Below are positions 1 to 9,934 of a DNA stretch of 53,656 bases, in pieces. Both the position numbers and the translations under genes were made by a program. The notes under the pieces were generated by a model, which had not been told where the DNA came from, searched no databases, and was given only the letters and a program-made list of their open reading frames with translations. The stretch comes from Ignavibacteria bacterium. GTDB lineage: Bacteria; Bacteroidota; Ignavibacteria; Kapaibacteriales; Kapaibacteriaceae. Positions within the stretch are counted from its first letter, which is position 1. Every line of letters begins with the position of its first letter. The stretch lies in contig CANGZU010000003.1 in the NCBI GenBank assembly GCA_947458785.1, positions 1 to 53,656 of the forward strand, written 5' to 3'.

Positions 1-2
1 CA

Positions 3-1967
3 GGCAACGTTTATTGGCTCAGAGCCTACAGTTCTCGAAGTGATGCCGTGATACAGCCTTTTGTGTTTCGACGCAGCAATGCAGACCCTGAAGAGCATGT
101 GTTGTATGCTAAGGGGCTAACCATAAGCAGTGATTCAATCCGCTACGATGCTACTGATGCTACTTTTCGCTTAGCAGTTCGTCCGGTTCCCATTAGTGTT
201 ACTTCGCGAGCAGTGTTGTCGAGTGATCCCGTTCGCCAGCCGTCTTTGCGCATCGTGTATGGGGATACCGTGTTGCAGAGTTCGTTTCGCAATGGATTAA
301 ACATTGTTGTCATTCGGCCATTTTCAACAACGCCACGTCTCATTCGACGTTATGATACGTCGCCAACACCTGCACCAATTGAAACCGGCCACAGCGGTGG
401 TGCGGCGGAGTGTCTAGCCTTTTTGAAGGATTCGGTTGCAGACCATGAGATTCTGGCAATTGCGGCATGCAATGAGTCGTTTACACAATTCGAACGAAAC
501 GGGCTTTTGTCGGAACTTCGTGAAGTGTTGCGGTCGTATGGCAGTAGCATGGCCGATTCGATTGCTGTGGGGATAGCCTATGCCTTCGTTGGTTCTCGGG
601 ACAAACGCGAGGATGCATATGAGGTCGTACGCGGTTCATTACAATCCTTGCCAGCTGTTGTTGATTCCGTTCTCTCCATACGCTACGAGAGGGCACACAT
701 TACAGATGTTGCTGTTGTGCGTCCTCGAGTGTTGAAGTCTATCACAGCCAAGATGGATGGCGCGCAAGCCAATACCGTGTCACTGCTTGGCTATGGTGGC
801 CTACTTGTGACGCAGCAGCTTACCGACACGTGGGTGCCACCACGAAATTCCATGACCATTCAGCAGGTCACGGCTAATCTTGTGCTCGTTGCCAGTGATC
901 AACAGCCAGATCCGGGCTTTACGTCCGCATCGTTTCATTACGAGCCTGCACCGATGCTCTACGTTGACTCATCGAAGATTTCGATTTCTATGCCAGACGC
1001 TCTGCGGGGAGACAGTGTTGATGTTTCCGTCCTGCTTACGAACCTTCAATACCGCTTTGCCGCACCTAGTGCTTTGGTATCAACAGTTGCAAGGGCATGG
1101 GGTGACACTTTACGTCAACAGATTACCACGATATCTACTGCGGCAGTTGATGCAGACAGTTCAGTTGTCGTTGCTGTTCGTGCATATAATGATCCTGATT
1201 GGTCTCGCGTACTAGTCCGCACGACGATTGAACAGCCAGGGGAAGAAAAGTCATTGGTGAGGTTGTTCCAAACTGCTCAAATGCAGTACCGTCCTCGCGA
1301 GGATTCATCAGCCCCTTCCATATCGGTGTTTGCGCATCAACGACCGCTTGTGACCGGAGACTACGTTGACAGCATGCCGAGATTTACGATACAGCTGCGT
1401 GATGCTGCCAAGTTGCCGATTCGTAGCGATGACAACTTCGTTGTATTCCTCAATGGAGTTCGCATACGTTCGAACAGCGTAAAGGATTACGCATTTTCCG
1501 GTACCCAAGAATGCGAGACGGCATACCCAGGCACCGACATTCGGGCTGAAGTATCCTTTACCTATCCGGCAGAGGTAGGTGAGAACCTCTTGATTGCGCG
1601 AGTAACGGACGCAAGTGGCAACAAGGACACTGCCGAAATCTATTTCTGGTACCAGAGTCAGGACCAGATTCGCGACGTACGGGTATCGCCTAACCCGACA
1701 TCTGGAAATGCAACGTTTTCGATATCTATGGCTGGAAATGGGAGAACTTATCCTGCACAACTTGCGATACATGATGTGCAAGGCAGGATTGTCGCTGAAC
1801 GTGCTTTCATGCTTTACACAGGGACTACCACTGTTTCGTGGGACGGCGAGTCAATGTACGGTTCAGACCTTTCGCCCGGAGTGTATTTCTGGTCGATTGC
1901 TGTGCCATCGACTCCTCAGGTGCCTGTGGAAAACAGAACCTCCGGAATCATCACAATACTGCGCTAA
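3..1967 (+). CDS. Secreted protein, 5'-partial, with ILEI-like domain and T9SS C-terminal sorting domain
   Basis: The frame is open from the window edge (nt 3) through the listed GTG at 48, so the gene probably starts upstream. The last ~90 aa (VSPNPTSGNATFSI...HDVQGRIV...GVYFWSI...GIITILR) fit the T9SS/Por CTD pattern. Listed-ORF aa ~66-190 resemble an ILEI/FAM3-type domain. Confidence 0.6.
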   Translation, partial: GNVYWLRAYSSRSDAVIQPFVFRRSNADPEEHVLYAKGLTISSDSIRYDATDATFRLAVRPVPISVTSRAVLSSDPVRQPSLRIVYGDTVLQSSFRNGLNIVVIRPFSTTPRLIRRYDTSPTPAPIETGHSGGAAECLAFLKDSVADHEILAIAACNESFTQFERNGLLSELREVLRSYGSSMADSIAVGIAYAFVGSRDKREDAYEVVRGSLQSLPAVVDSVLSIRYERAHITDVAVVRPRVLKSITAKMDGAQANTVSLLGYGGLLVTQQLTDTWVPPRNSMTIQQVTANLVLVASDQQPDPGFTSASFHYEPAPMLYVDSSKISISMPDALRGDSVDVSVLLTNLQYRFAAPSALVSTVARAWGDTLRQQITTISTAAVDADSSVVVAVRAYNDPDWSRVLVRTTIEQPGEEKSLVRLFQTAQMQYRPREDSSAPSISVFAHQRPLVTGDYVDSMPRFTIQLRDAAKLPIRSDDNFVVFLNGVRIRSNSVKDYAFSGTQECETAYPGTDIRAEVSFTYPAEVGENLLIARVTDASGNKDTAEIYFWYQSQDQIRDVRVSPNPTSGNATFSISMAGNGRTYPAQLAIHDVQGRIVAERAFMLYTGTTTVSWDGESMYGSDLSPGVYFWSIAVPSTPQVPVENRTSGIITILR

Positions 1968-2005
1968 ATCCCTACAGTTAAGGACCTTCCGACGCTTCAA
2001 TTTTG

Positions 2006-2013
2006 TAAATTTG
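2006..2013 (+). promoter_or_regulatory. Candidate FCB-type -7 promoter box (TAAATTTG) upstream of gyrA
   Basis: TAAATTTG matches TAnnTTTG and lies 32 nt upstream of the gyrA ATG. There is no well-spaced TTTG -33 element, only an adjacent TTTG. Confidence 0.25.
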
Positions 2014-2045
2014 TGCGTTGTACAACCCATTGTAAGTAAGGGGAT

Positions 2046-4517
2046 ATGGCTTTTTCTCATGAACGAATCTTACCCGTCCTCATGGAGGACGAGATGCGTG
2101 ATTCGTACCTCGATTATTCTATGTCGGTCATCGTCTCACGTGCACTTCCAGACGTACGAGACGGCATGAAACCTGTTCACAGACGTATTCTGTATGCGAT
2201 GTATGAATTGGGGATGACCCCAAATCGCCCGTATAAGAAGTCGGCGCGTATCGTGGGCGAAGTGCTTGGTAAGTATCACCCGCACGGTGACTCTGCAGTC
2301 TATGACGCCATGGTGCGCCTGGCACAGACGTGGTCAATGCGCTACTGCTTAGTTGACGGCCAAGGAAACTTCGGTTCAATCGATGGTGACTCGCCGGCTG
2401 CTATGCGATACACTGAGGCTCGTATGGCGAGTCTTGCCATGGAAGTTCTCAGAGATATCGACAAAAACACGGTTGATTTCCGCGGCAACTTCGACGATTC
2501 ACTTGAAGAGCCGACAGTTCTGCCTGCAGTGTTGCCAACACTGCTTGTGAACGGAGCCAATGGTATCGCCGTGGGTATGGCCACAAACATACCTCCGCAC
2601 AACTTGCGTGAGATAGTTGCGGGTATTCAGGCAGTCATTGCAGAGCCAACGATTACCAACGAAGAACTGCTCAAGTACGTAACTGCACCTGACTTCCCGA
2701 CTGGCGGTATCATCTACGGCTACGAAGGCGTTCGTAATGCCTACACAACAGGTCGTGGGAAGATACTCGTACGTTCAAAGGCAAACATTGAAACCAATAA
2801 GCAAGGTCGCGAAGCAATTGTCATTACCGAGCTGCCATATCAGGTCAGCAAGGCCGGCTTGATTGAGAAGATTGCGGATCTTGTAAAGGCAAAGACGCTC
2901 GAGGACATCTCGGATATTCGCGACGAATCTGATAGAGATGGCCTACGGGTGGTTATTGAACTTAAGCGCGATGCAGTGCCGATGGTGGTACTGAACAATC
3001 TTTACAAGCACACGCAGATGCAGGTCACATTCGGTGTGATCATGCTAGCTCTTGTCAATGGACGTCCTCGCATCCTGACTCTCAAAGAGATGATGGAGGA
3101 GTTCATCAAGCACCGTAACGACGTGATTGTGCGTCGCACGAAGTTTGACCTCGACGCAGCGGAGAAGCGCGCACATATCTTGGAAGGATTCATTATCGCA
3201 CTCGATAACATCGATGCGATTATCAAGACGATTAAGGAATCCAAGGACGTAACCCAGGCCTCGCAGAAACTACAGGAGAAGTTTGGTCTCTCGGAGATTC
3301 AGGCAAAGGCCATCCTTGACATGCGTCTCCAGCGCCTTACTGGCCTCGAGCGCGAGAAGATCCAGCAGGAGTATGCAGAGGTTATTCAAACGATTGAGCG
3401 TCTGCGTGCAATTCTTGCAAGCAAAGAAATGCAGATGCAGATCATCGGCCAGGAACTGATTGAACTATCAGCCAAGCATGGTGATGAGCGCCGCACGCAG
3501 GTTGTGTATGATGCAAAGGACTTTACGCTTGAGGATATGATCGCTAATGAAGAGGTGATCATTTCAATTTCACACAATGGCTTCATCAAGCGTACCCCAG
3601 TAACAACATACCGTCGGCAGAACCGAGGCGGTCGTGGTGTGTCTGGCGCTGGTACATACGAGGACGACTGGGTGGAGCACATGTTCAGGGCTTCAACGCA
3701 CCACTACATGCTCTTCTTCACCGATAGGGGGCGTGTGTACCGTCAGAAAGTCTATGACATTCCAGAAGGATCGCGAAACGCTAAGGGCAGATCGCTTGCC
3801 AACGTAATCCAGAAACAATCCGATGAGAAGGTAACGGCGTATCTATCAGTTACGGACTTTGACCGTGAGGATGCCTACATCTTCATGGCAACAAGGAATG
3901 GAACCGTCAAGAAGACGTCATTAAAGGACTTTGCTAACGTTCGATCAAACGGCATCATCGCCGTGAATCTTGATGATGACGACCGTCTGATTGCCGCAAG
4001 GTTGACGGACGGATCCATGGAGGTACTCATTGGTGCCTCTAGCGGTCTGGCCGTTCGATTCCATGAATCTGATGTGCGTCCAATGGGAAGAGCAGCCGCG
4101 GGCGTCAAGGGTATAGCGCTAACCGACGAAGCGTACGTTATCTCGCTGAACGTTATGCGCCGAGCTGATGCACAGGTCATTGTAGTCGGCTCCCGCGGTA
4201 TGGGCAAGCGCACGGTTGTCGAAGATTTCCGCAAAACAAAGCGCGGTGCTAAGGGCGTCATTGCCATGAACATCACCGAAAAGACCGGTCCAATCTGCGC
4301 CATACTCGAGGTGAGTGATGAGGAAGATCTCGTTGTAATCACCACGAACGGCATCCTGATACGTCAACCAATACGAGATGTGCGTCAGCTCGGCAGAAAT
4401 GCTCAAGGCGTGAAACTCATTCGATTGGAAGAGGGAGATCAGATCGCAGATATCACAACCGTCACACGTGATGAGGAGCCAGATACAGAGGAACAGGCAG
4501 AGACGCCTGCAACCTGA
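2046..4517 (+). CDS. gyrA: DNA gyrase subunit A
   Basis: 823 aa. The N-terminus reads [34 protein letters not shown], the catalytic Tyr context is [10 protein letters not shown], and C-terminal beta-pinwheel repeats are present. Confidence 0.97.
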   Translation: MAFSHERILPVLMEDEMRDSYLDYSMSVIVSRALPDVRDGMKPVHRRILYAMYELGMTPNRPYKKSARIVGEVLGKYHPHGDSAVYDAMVRLAQTWSMRYCLVDGQGNFGSIDGDSPAAMRYTEARMASLAMEVLRDIDKNTVDFRGNFDDSLEEPTVLPAVLPTLLVNGANGIAVGMATNIPPHNLREIVAGIQAVIAEPTITNEELLKYVTAPDFPTGGIIYGYEGVRNAYTTGRGKILVRSKANIETNKQGREAIVITELPYQVSKAGLIEKIADLVKAKTLEDISDIRDESDRDGLRVVIELKRDAVPMVVLNNLYKHTQMQVTFGVIMLALVNGRPRILTLKEMMEEFIKHRNDVIVRRTKFDLDAAEKRAHILEGFIIALDNIDAIIKTIKESKDVTQASQKLQEKFGLSEIQAKAILDMRLQRLTGLEREKIQQEYAEVIQTIERLRAILASKEMQMQIIGQELIELSAKHGDERRTQVVYDAKDFTLEDMIANEEVIISISHNGFIKRTPVTTYRRQNRGGRGVSGAGTYEDDWVEHMFRASTHHYMLFFTDRGRVYRQKVYDIPEGSRNAKGRSLANVIQKQSDEKVTAYLSVTDFDREDAYIFMATRNGTVKKTSLKDFANVRSNGIIAVNLDDDDRLIAARLTDGSMEVLIGASSGLAVRFHESDVRPMGRAAAGVKGIALTDEAYVISLNVMRRADAQVIVVGSRGMGKRTVVEDFRKTKRGAKGVIAMNITEKTGPICAILEVSDEEDLVVITTNGILIRQPIRDVRQLGRNAQGVKLIRLEEGDQIADITTVTRDEEPDTEEQAETPAT

Positions 4518-4531
4518 TCCGCGAGCTCAAT

Positions 4532-6343
4532 ATGAGATCAACGTCGAATCGTAGAATTGCACACCAGGCGGGCTTGCTCGCCTGGTGTTTCTGTTTGTGC
4601 CTGTGTACGGTGTTGGGGGGCGAACAGAATGCACTGCCTGCTGACACGGCGATAATCCGGCATGCAAACGATACACTGCTTGCAGCAAAGAGATGGGCCG
4701 GTCGACTAACTGCTAACGGTGACTTTCCGTTGGCGGCGGTTGGTAAGGAAAATATCCGAACCATCGGATACTCACAGCTGGGCGATCTCCTAATCGAAGC
4801 GACGCCGTTTACTCCGCTTTCACAAGGCGCACTTGGCCAGTGGGATGGCGTCGATCTTCTTGGAATTCTGCCCGAGGATCAGATTGCATCTCATAATGGA
4901 GTTCCAATCTATTCTGCTTCAAGCATCGGTTACCATCCATTGCTCTATGCCCCAGTAGCTGCAGAGCGTGTTGAGATGCTTGCAGGTAGTGATGCGATCG
5001 GTACATTGCCAGGACTCGGGTTTGCAGGCATGAATGTTCAACGTGCGATGTACAACACTGCGCGCCCCTTTACCAGTATGTGGTATCATCAAGGCGCTGG
5101 CGATCTTGTTGGAGGACATGTCACGTTCGCTCAAAATGTGACGAGACACTCTTCGATCGCTGCGAACATCAGACGCACCGGTGCAAGGGGAGCATATCAA
5201 CAGACCGACTTTGATGCTTGGAATGTGCATCTGCAGGGTAGGATGATCGCATCCTCAGCCACTGAGTGGTTGCTTTCCTATGATGTTTCGACGATTGACG
5301 TTGATCCGTGGAGTGGCCTAGCCAAGGATCCATATGGGTCTGTTGATGTAATCGAAACACTTGAACCTCGCACGAGAACCACGCGTGAGTCAATGCGTCG
5401 ACATGACGTCTCACTTACGCATGCGTTCGCACATGATAGCGATTCACTACTGCACATAGCGACGACCGCATATGCGAGCACGGACGCACTGCGAAGAGCT
5501 GATACGCTGTTCGACGGATGGTATGGCGGGGTAATGACCCAAGTTGCGGCACGCATCAATTCAATCCATCTTCAAGGGGGCGCAAGAGTTCAGTACACGA
5601 ATCCCGACACTTCCTATACTCAGCTGGTTTCAGGTGCTCCGAGTGCCCATTCTTGGGCAAAGGCAACATTTGGTGTAACTCCTGGCTTGAATGTTTCATC
5701 TTCTCTGCGTTACGATGGAGGTCAGTCGGGCGGCGTTGGATACGGTATTGCAGCAGTTCTCCAAGACTCTATGTTGAGAGTCAAACTCGATGCATCTTGG
5801 ATTGATCCAGGCCCAACAGCAACCTCTCGTGGGCTCTATTTTGCCCATGCACTGCTTCGTGGTTCACCTGTAGATATTCAGGCAATTGCATATTATCGCA
5901 ATGTAAATGCACCTCAAAAATCATACGGGGCGATTGTGTCTGCGGGAACTACGATGGGGAACCTCCGCATTGACGCCCTTGCACGAGGAATTGGTAGGGG
6001 AGATTCTGTAACGTCAGCATTGACATTGTATGCCAACGTAAGCGTTGCTTATAAGTACGCAACAGCATCCAGCACTGTCGAAATAGGCACGGTGATAGGA
6101 TTCATCGGTGATGGCCTACTCCCGCAGTTTGATGTAACGAGGCGATCGTTTTCTACACTACCACTCGTAGCCACAACGATGCAGCACAATGGCGTGTCAT
6201 TTTTTAGTCATATCGTAGTGGGGTCAGCCTCTCTTCGAGCGTCGTTCGAGAACGTCCTTGGATCGCGCTGGTACTCAGTTGCGTATATGCCCGAGATTCC
6301 GAGACAATTTCGTTTGAGTGTCGATTGGACGTTTGTAGATTAG
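4532..6343 (+). CDS. Outer-membrane beta-barrel protein, divergent TonB-dependent-receptor-like
   Basis: It has an N-terminal signal-like hydrophobic segment. A plug-like stretch (GILPEDQIASHNGVPI...AAERVEMLAGSDAIG...GFAGMNVQ) echoes TBDR plug motifs. The rest has alternating Gly/Ser/Tyr-rich composition, and the gene starts 14 nt after gyrA. Confidence 0.4.
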   Translation: MRSTSNRRIAHQAGLLAWCFCLCLCTVLGGEQNALPADTAIIRHANDTLLAAKRWAGRLTANGDFPLAAVGKENIRTIGYSQLGDLLIEATPFTPLSQGALGQWDGVDLLGILPEDQIASHNGVPIYSASSIGYHPLLYAPVAAERVEMLAGSDAIGTLPGLGFAGMNVQRAMYNTARPFTSMWYHQGAGDLVGGHVTFAQNVTRHSSIAANIRRTGARGAYQQTDFDAWNVHLQGRMIASSATEWLLSYDVSTIDVDPWSGLAKDPYGSVDVIETLEPRTRTTRESMRRHDVSLTHAFAHDSDSLLHIATTAYASTDALRRADTLFDGWYGGVMTQVAARINSIHLQGGARVQYTNPDTSYTQLVSGAPSAHSWAKATFGVTPGLNVSSSLRYDGGQSGGVGYGIAAVLQDSMLRVKLDASWIDPGPTATSRGLYFAHALLRGSPVDIQAIAYYRNVNAPQKSYGAIVSAGTTMGNLRIDALARGIGRGDSVTSALTLYANVSVAYKYATASSTVEIGTVIGFIGDGLLPQFDVTRRSFSTLPLVATTMQHNGVSFFSHIVVGSASLRASFENVLGSRWYSVAYMPEIPRQFRLSVDWTFVD

Positions 6344-6384
6344 TCCCATTCTAATGAGTGTTACGTAAAACACGGAGGTTCTTG

Positions 6385-8181
6385 ATGAGCGCGACCATTT
6401 CACAACTCTTTCTTGATGTCTGCGATTCGTTTCATGGCCGTACGGATAAGCATGTTTACATACAACGTATTGGCAGCAATTGGAGTCGACTTACGCATGA
6501 CCAGTTGAAGTATCGTGTCGAGGCATTTTCCGAAGCACTGCGACGTTTGGGAATCAAAGCAGGTGATAGAGTTGGCATCGTCGCTGAGAACAGGCTCGAC
6601 TGGACTATGGTCGACTTCGCCATGGTAGGAATGGGGGTTGTAGACGTTCCAGTGTTCCCTACACTTACGGCGAAGCAACTGCAGTTCATTTATGCCGACT
6701 GCAGTGCAACGTGCATCATCGTCTCGAATACGGCTCAATTGAACAAGATCAAACAAGTCTGGTCAGAGCTGCCGGAACTCAAGTACGTGATCGTTATGAA
6801 TGACGTGCAGGACAGTGACAGTCGTATCCTGTCACTTCAGCGACTCATCGATGACGTCGAATCATCATCAACAGCAGAGGCTCGGGCCGCTACGTTTCGG
6901 ACGCTTGCAAATCATGTTAAGCCTGAAGACACTTTGACGTTGATCTATACCAGTGGTACGACAGGTAATCCTAAAGGTGTCATTTTAACGCACGGGAATC
7001 TTGTCTCCAATGTCTTCAACTCGCATACCGTTGTGACGCTTACTGAACATGATTCGTTGCTTTCATATCTGCCACTGTGCCACATCTTCGAGCGCATGGC
7101 GGGGTTTTACCTTGCGTTCTCTGTGGGTGCAACGGTTACGATTACAGATAGTATCGAGACTGTTGCGGAACTCATGCGTGTGGTGCGTCCGACGATCATG
7201 ACCTCGGTACCGCGCCTGTTCGAGCGCATCCGCATGCGTGTACTCGGTAATGTGCAGAAAGAGTCGCCCCTTAAGCAGGCCATCTTTCAATGGGCCTTTT
7301 CCGTTGGTGAGCGATGGATTGATGGTCGTCGTGGGCCTCTGATGCTTATCCAGCACGGAATTGCCGATAAGCTCGTTTTCAGTAAGGTCCGCGACCGTAC
7401 TGGTGGTAACCTTCGGTTCTTTGTATCTGGTGGTGCGGCTCTCAATCCCGAGATTGGTAGGTTCTTTGCGATCCTCGGGATCACAATATTGGAGGGATAT
7501 GGCCTTACGGAGAGCTCGCCAGTTATATCGATTCATCGTCTCGAGGACGTTGTCATTGGTACAGTCGGCACACCACTTCCAAGTGTAGAAGTCAAGATCG
7601 CTGGTGATGGCGAGATCCTTGCCCGGGGTGCCAGCATAATGAAGGGATACTGGAATAATCCTGAAGCCACGCGTGAGGCACTAGACGATGAGGGATTCCT
7701 TCACACGGGTGATATCGGCATTATCACTGAGAGGGGGCATCTCAAGATCACTGACCGCAAGAAACACATTCTGGTATCAAGTGGTGGAAAGAACATCGCA
7801 CCGCAGCCGATCGAAGCCGCCATCGCTCAATGTCAGTTCGTGGACCAGGTGATGGTAATTGGTGATGCACGCGAGTACTGCACAGCAATTGTTGTGCTTG
7901 ACAAAGATGCCGTTAACGCATGGGCCGATAAGAACGGTAGAACAGGCACGCCGGTTGAAGAGTTGGCTCAAGATCCCAAGCTTGTTACGACGGTCGAGAG
8001 AGAGCTTTCTTCGTTGCAGAAAGACCTCTCGAAGTATGAGAAGGCTCGCAGGTATGCCTTTCTCGTAGAGCCGTTCACTGTTGAGAATGGTCTAATGACA
8101 CCGACACTCAAGGTAAAGCGCAAAGCCGTTTTGGAGCGCTATGCTGATTTGATCGATGGTCTCTACAGCAAGGGCGACTAG
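6385..8181 (+). CDS. Long-chain fatty acid--CoA ligase (AMP-forming)
   Basis: It carries the AMP-binding motif LIYTSGTTGNPKGVILTHGNL and the later motifs GYGLTESS and TGDIG...GHLKITDRKK. I chose the ATG at 6385, preceded by GGAGG at 6374-6378, over the listed GTG at 6358. Confidence 0.9.
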   Translation: MSATISQLFLDVCDSFHGRTDKHVYIQRIGSNWSRLTHDQLKYRVEAFSEALRRLGIKAGDRVGIVAENRLDWTMVDFAMVGMGVVDVPVFPTLTAKQLQFIYADCSATCIIVSNTAQLNKIKQVWSELPELKYVIVMNDVQDSDSRILSLQRLIDDVESSSTAEARAATFRTLANHVKPEDTLTLIYTSGTTGNPKGVILTHGNLVSNVFNSHTVVTLTEHDSLLSYLPLCHIFERMAGFYLAFSVGATVTITDSIETVAELMRVVRPTIMTSVPRLFERIRMRVLGNVQKESPLKQAIFQWAFSVGERWIDGRRGPLMLIQHGIADKLVFSKVRDRTGGNLRFFVSGGAALNPEIGRFFAILGITILEGYGLTESSPVISIHRLEDVVIGTVGTPLPSVEVKIAGDGEILARGASIMKGYWNNPEATREALDDEGFLHTGDIGIITERGHLKITDRKKHILVSSGGKNIAPQPIEAAIAQCQFVDQVMVIGDAREYCTAIVVLDKDAVNAWADKNGRTGTPVEELAQDPKLVTTVERELSSLQKDLSKYEKARRYAFLVEPFTVENGLMTPTLKVKRKAVLERYADLIDGLYSKGD

Positions 8182-8200
8182 TCTGTGAGACTAGCCGCCC
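8172..8200. terminator. Hairpin between convergent acyl-CoA ligase gene and tRNA
   Basis: GGGCGACTAGTC (8172-8183) pairs with GACTAGCCGCCC (8189-8200) as a 12 bp stem with one mismatch and a 5-nt loop. It overlaps the TAG stop of the ligase gene. The T-tract is weak (TTGGTAT). Confidence 0.45.
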
Positions 8201-8209
8201 TTGGTATCG

Positions 8210-8283
8210 TACCGGAGGAGGGACTTGAACCCCCGACACACGGATTATGATTCCGTTGCTCTAACCACCTGAGCTACTCCGGC
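8210..8283 (-). tRNA. tRNA with CAT anticodon (elongator tRNA-Met, or tRNA-Ile2 if lysidine-modified)
   Basis: The reverse complement folds by hand as a 74-nt cloverleaf: GCCGGAG TA GCTC AGGTGGTTA GAGC A ACGGA ATCATAA TCCGT GTGTC GGGGG TTCAAGT CCCTC CTCCGGT A. The anticodon stem lacks the three G-C pairs of an initiator tRNA. CCA is not encoded. Confidence 0.85.
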
Positions 8284-8291
8284 GTGGGCCG

Positions 8292-8299
8292 CAAAGATA
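8292..8299 (-). promoter_or_regulatory. FCB-type -7 box TATCTTTG for the tRNA(CAT) gene
   Basis: On the minus strand the sequence is TTTG-N18-TATCTTTGC, and it ends 8 nt before the tRNA 5' end. The same 9-mer occurs at 39938 and 43256. Confidence 0.5.
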
Positions 8300-8324
8300 C
8301 AAAATCGTTGCAGTCCTCAAAAAA

Positions 8325-8954
8325 TTACATGTCGTCTAGTTTGCGAAGGCTGTCGCGAATTCTTGCTGCAGCCTCGTAGTCTTCGACCTTTATGGCTTGA
8401 TCAAGCTCCTGTTCCAAACGTTGACGCTCCGTCAGCGGTAGTTCAGGCTGTTCACGATCATGTCGCTTACGAGATGCCTGTTCACCTAAAAGTTCGCCTT
8501 CCGATGCTTGCTCTTCCTGCTGTTCTTGGCTTGCATCAGCTTCCTCGTACTCATCCGCACGAAGCTTCGACTCCTCGAGTATCTCTTCGTCGATGTAGAT
8601 AGGAGCATTGCAACGCACTGCAAGTGCGATGGCATCGCTTGGTCGGGCATCGATCTCTATCTCTGAATATTCAAACACAATCGACGCATAGAAGGTACCT
8701 TCCTTGATCGAGTGAATCACGACCTCGCGGACTGATGCACCAAGTGCCTCTATTGCATTTCGGAGTAAATCATGCGTCATGGGGCGCTGTGGACGTATTC
8801 CCTCAAGCTCATTGGCGATGGCCTGCGCTTCTGCTTCGCCTATGACGATTGGCAAACGGCGGTCGCCATCAACCTCGCGCAACAAGAGTGCATACGCTCT
8901 CTGCGAATTGGGATTGATCGAGAGACCAAGTATGTCAACTTGAATCTTTGACAT
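8325..8954 (-). CDS. Bifunctional nuclease (BFN/DUF151) family protein with C-terminal UVR motif
   Basis: The N-terminal ~130 aa (ALLLREVDGDRRLPIVIGEAEAQAIA...RPMTHDLL...DARPSDAIALA) fit the BFN domain. An acidic linker follows, then a UVR-like helix (VEDYEAAARIRDSLRKL). Confidence 0.8.
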   Translation of the reverse strand: MSKIQVDILGLSINPNSQRAYALLLREVDGDRRLPIVIGEAEAQAIANELEGIRPQRPMTHDLLRNAIEALGASVREVVIHSIKEGTFYASIVFEYSEIEIDARPSDAIALAVRCNAPIYIDEEILEESKLRADEYEEADASQEQQEEQASEGELLGEQASRKRHDREQPELPLTERQRLEQELDQAIKVEDYEAAARIRDSLRKLDDM

Positions 8955-8966
8955 TACCGTTGTGTG

Positions 8967-9932
8967 TTACTTCCCTGTGACGGATGAAATTGCAGATGTA
9001 AGCTTCGGCAGGATATCGAACACATCGCCAACTACGCCATAGTCGGCAACTGTAAAGATAGGTGCATCCTTGTCTTTGTTGATTGCGACAATAATCTTGC
9101 TCGATGACATACCGGCAAGATGCTGAACAGCTCCACTGATGCCACATGCAACGTACATCGTAGGACTTACAGTCTTTCCTGTTTGCCCAACCTGCTCGCG
9201 GTGCGGACGCCAACCTGCATCGACCACGGCACGGGAAGCGCCAACGGCTCCGCCCAGGCTCTTAGCAAGTTCCTCCACAAGATGAAAGTGTTCAGGGCCC
9301 TTCAGTCCGCGTCCACCAGATACGATGATATCAGCCTCCGAAACGTCCAACGTACCCTCGTTCTTGGTCTGACCGGTGACCGCTGCACTGCGGACGCTTG
9401 CGGACAATGTTGACGTGAATGCGCTACATGAGACACTACCTGAGCTGGTTTGCTTTGCGGTGAAGACGTTCGGACGCAGGGTTATCACACTTACTTCTGT
9501 TGTTGCAGACACTGTGATCCGAGCCTTGCCTGAATAGACTGGTCGAACGGCCTTGAGCGAACCATCAGCAGAATGAATCTCGACACAATCTGCAAGCAAT
9601 CCTGCTTCAAGTCGAATTGCGACGCGCGGTGCTATTGACTTACCGAATGAGTTCGCTGCAAAGACTACCGCAGTGGCGTTGATCGAACGCGCCGCCTCGG
9701 CGATAGTTGCTGCCATCTTTGCTGATTCTTGACGAGTAGCTTCATCTGTGTTCACAAGCATGCATTGCTGCAATCCATACGAGCTGGCATGTGCAACGTG
9801 TGACTCGCTTGCAGAGAATACAATACCATGGACAGGAGCACCGTTGGATATTGCACAAGCAGCACCGATTGCTTCGTACGAAGTGCGCTTAAGACCATCA
9901 TTGTGTGGTTCGAGAACAACGAGAATGCTCAT
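8967..9932 (-). CDS. etfA: Electron transfer flavoprotein subunit alpha
   Basis: 321 aa. The C-terminal FAD-binding region reads IVSGGRGLK...GASRAVVDAGW...QVGQTGKTVSP.LY.ACGISGAVQHLAGM. Confidence 0.93.
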   Translation of the reverse strand: MSILVVLEPHNDGLKRTSYEAIGAACAISNGAPVHGIVFSASESHVAHASSYGLQQCMLVNTDEATRQESAKMAATIAEAARSINATAVVFAANSFGKSIAPRVAIRLEAGLLADCVEIHSADGSLKAVRPVYSGKARITVSATTEVSVITLRPNVFTAKQTSSGSVSCSAFTSTLSASVRSAAVTGQTKNEGTLDVSEADIIVSGGRGLKGPEHFHLVEELAKSLGGAVGASRAVVDAGWRPHREQVGQTGKTVSPTMYVACGISGAVQHLAGMSSSKIIVAINKDKDAPIFTVADYGVVGDVFDILPKLTSAISSVTGK

Positions 9933-9934
9933 AA

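Noticed and set aside
1615-2169. A 184-aa + strand ORF bridging the end of the first gene, the intergenic region and the start of gyrA.
   Set aside because: It is out of frame with both flanking well-supported genes, and its translation is junk-like.
3875-4354. A 159-aa minus-strand ORF inside gyrA. Similar antisense or off-frame ORFs occur at 1308-1781, 7063-7536, 27035-27478 and 29975-30448.
   Set aside because: All of them lie fully within strongly supported genes (gyrA, the T9SS protein, the acyl-CoA ligase, the RND pump and PBP2). None has a family-like motif. They are typical shadow ORFs of moderately GC-rich coding DNA.
8210-8283. The possibility that the tRNA(CAT) is the initiator tRNA-fMet.
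   Set aside because: The anticodon stem (ACGGA/TCCGT) lacks the three consecutive G-C pairs of an initiator. Position 1-72 is G-U rather than the bacterial initiator C-A mismatch. It is therefore an elongator Met or a lysidine-type Ile2 tRNA.
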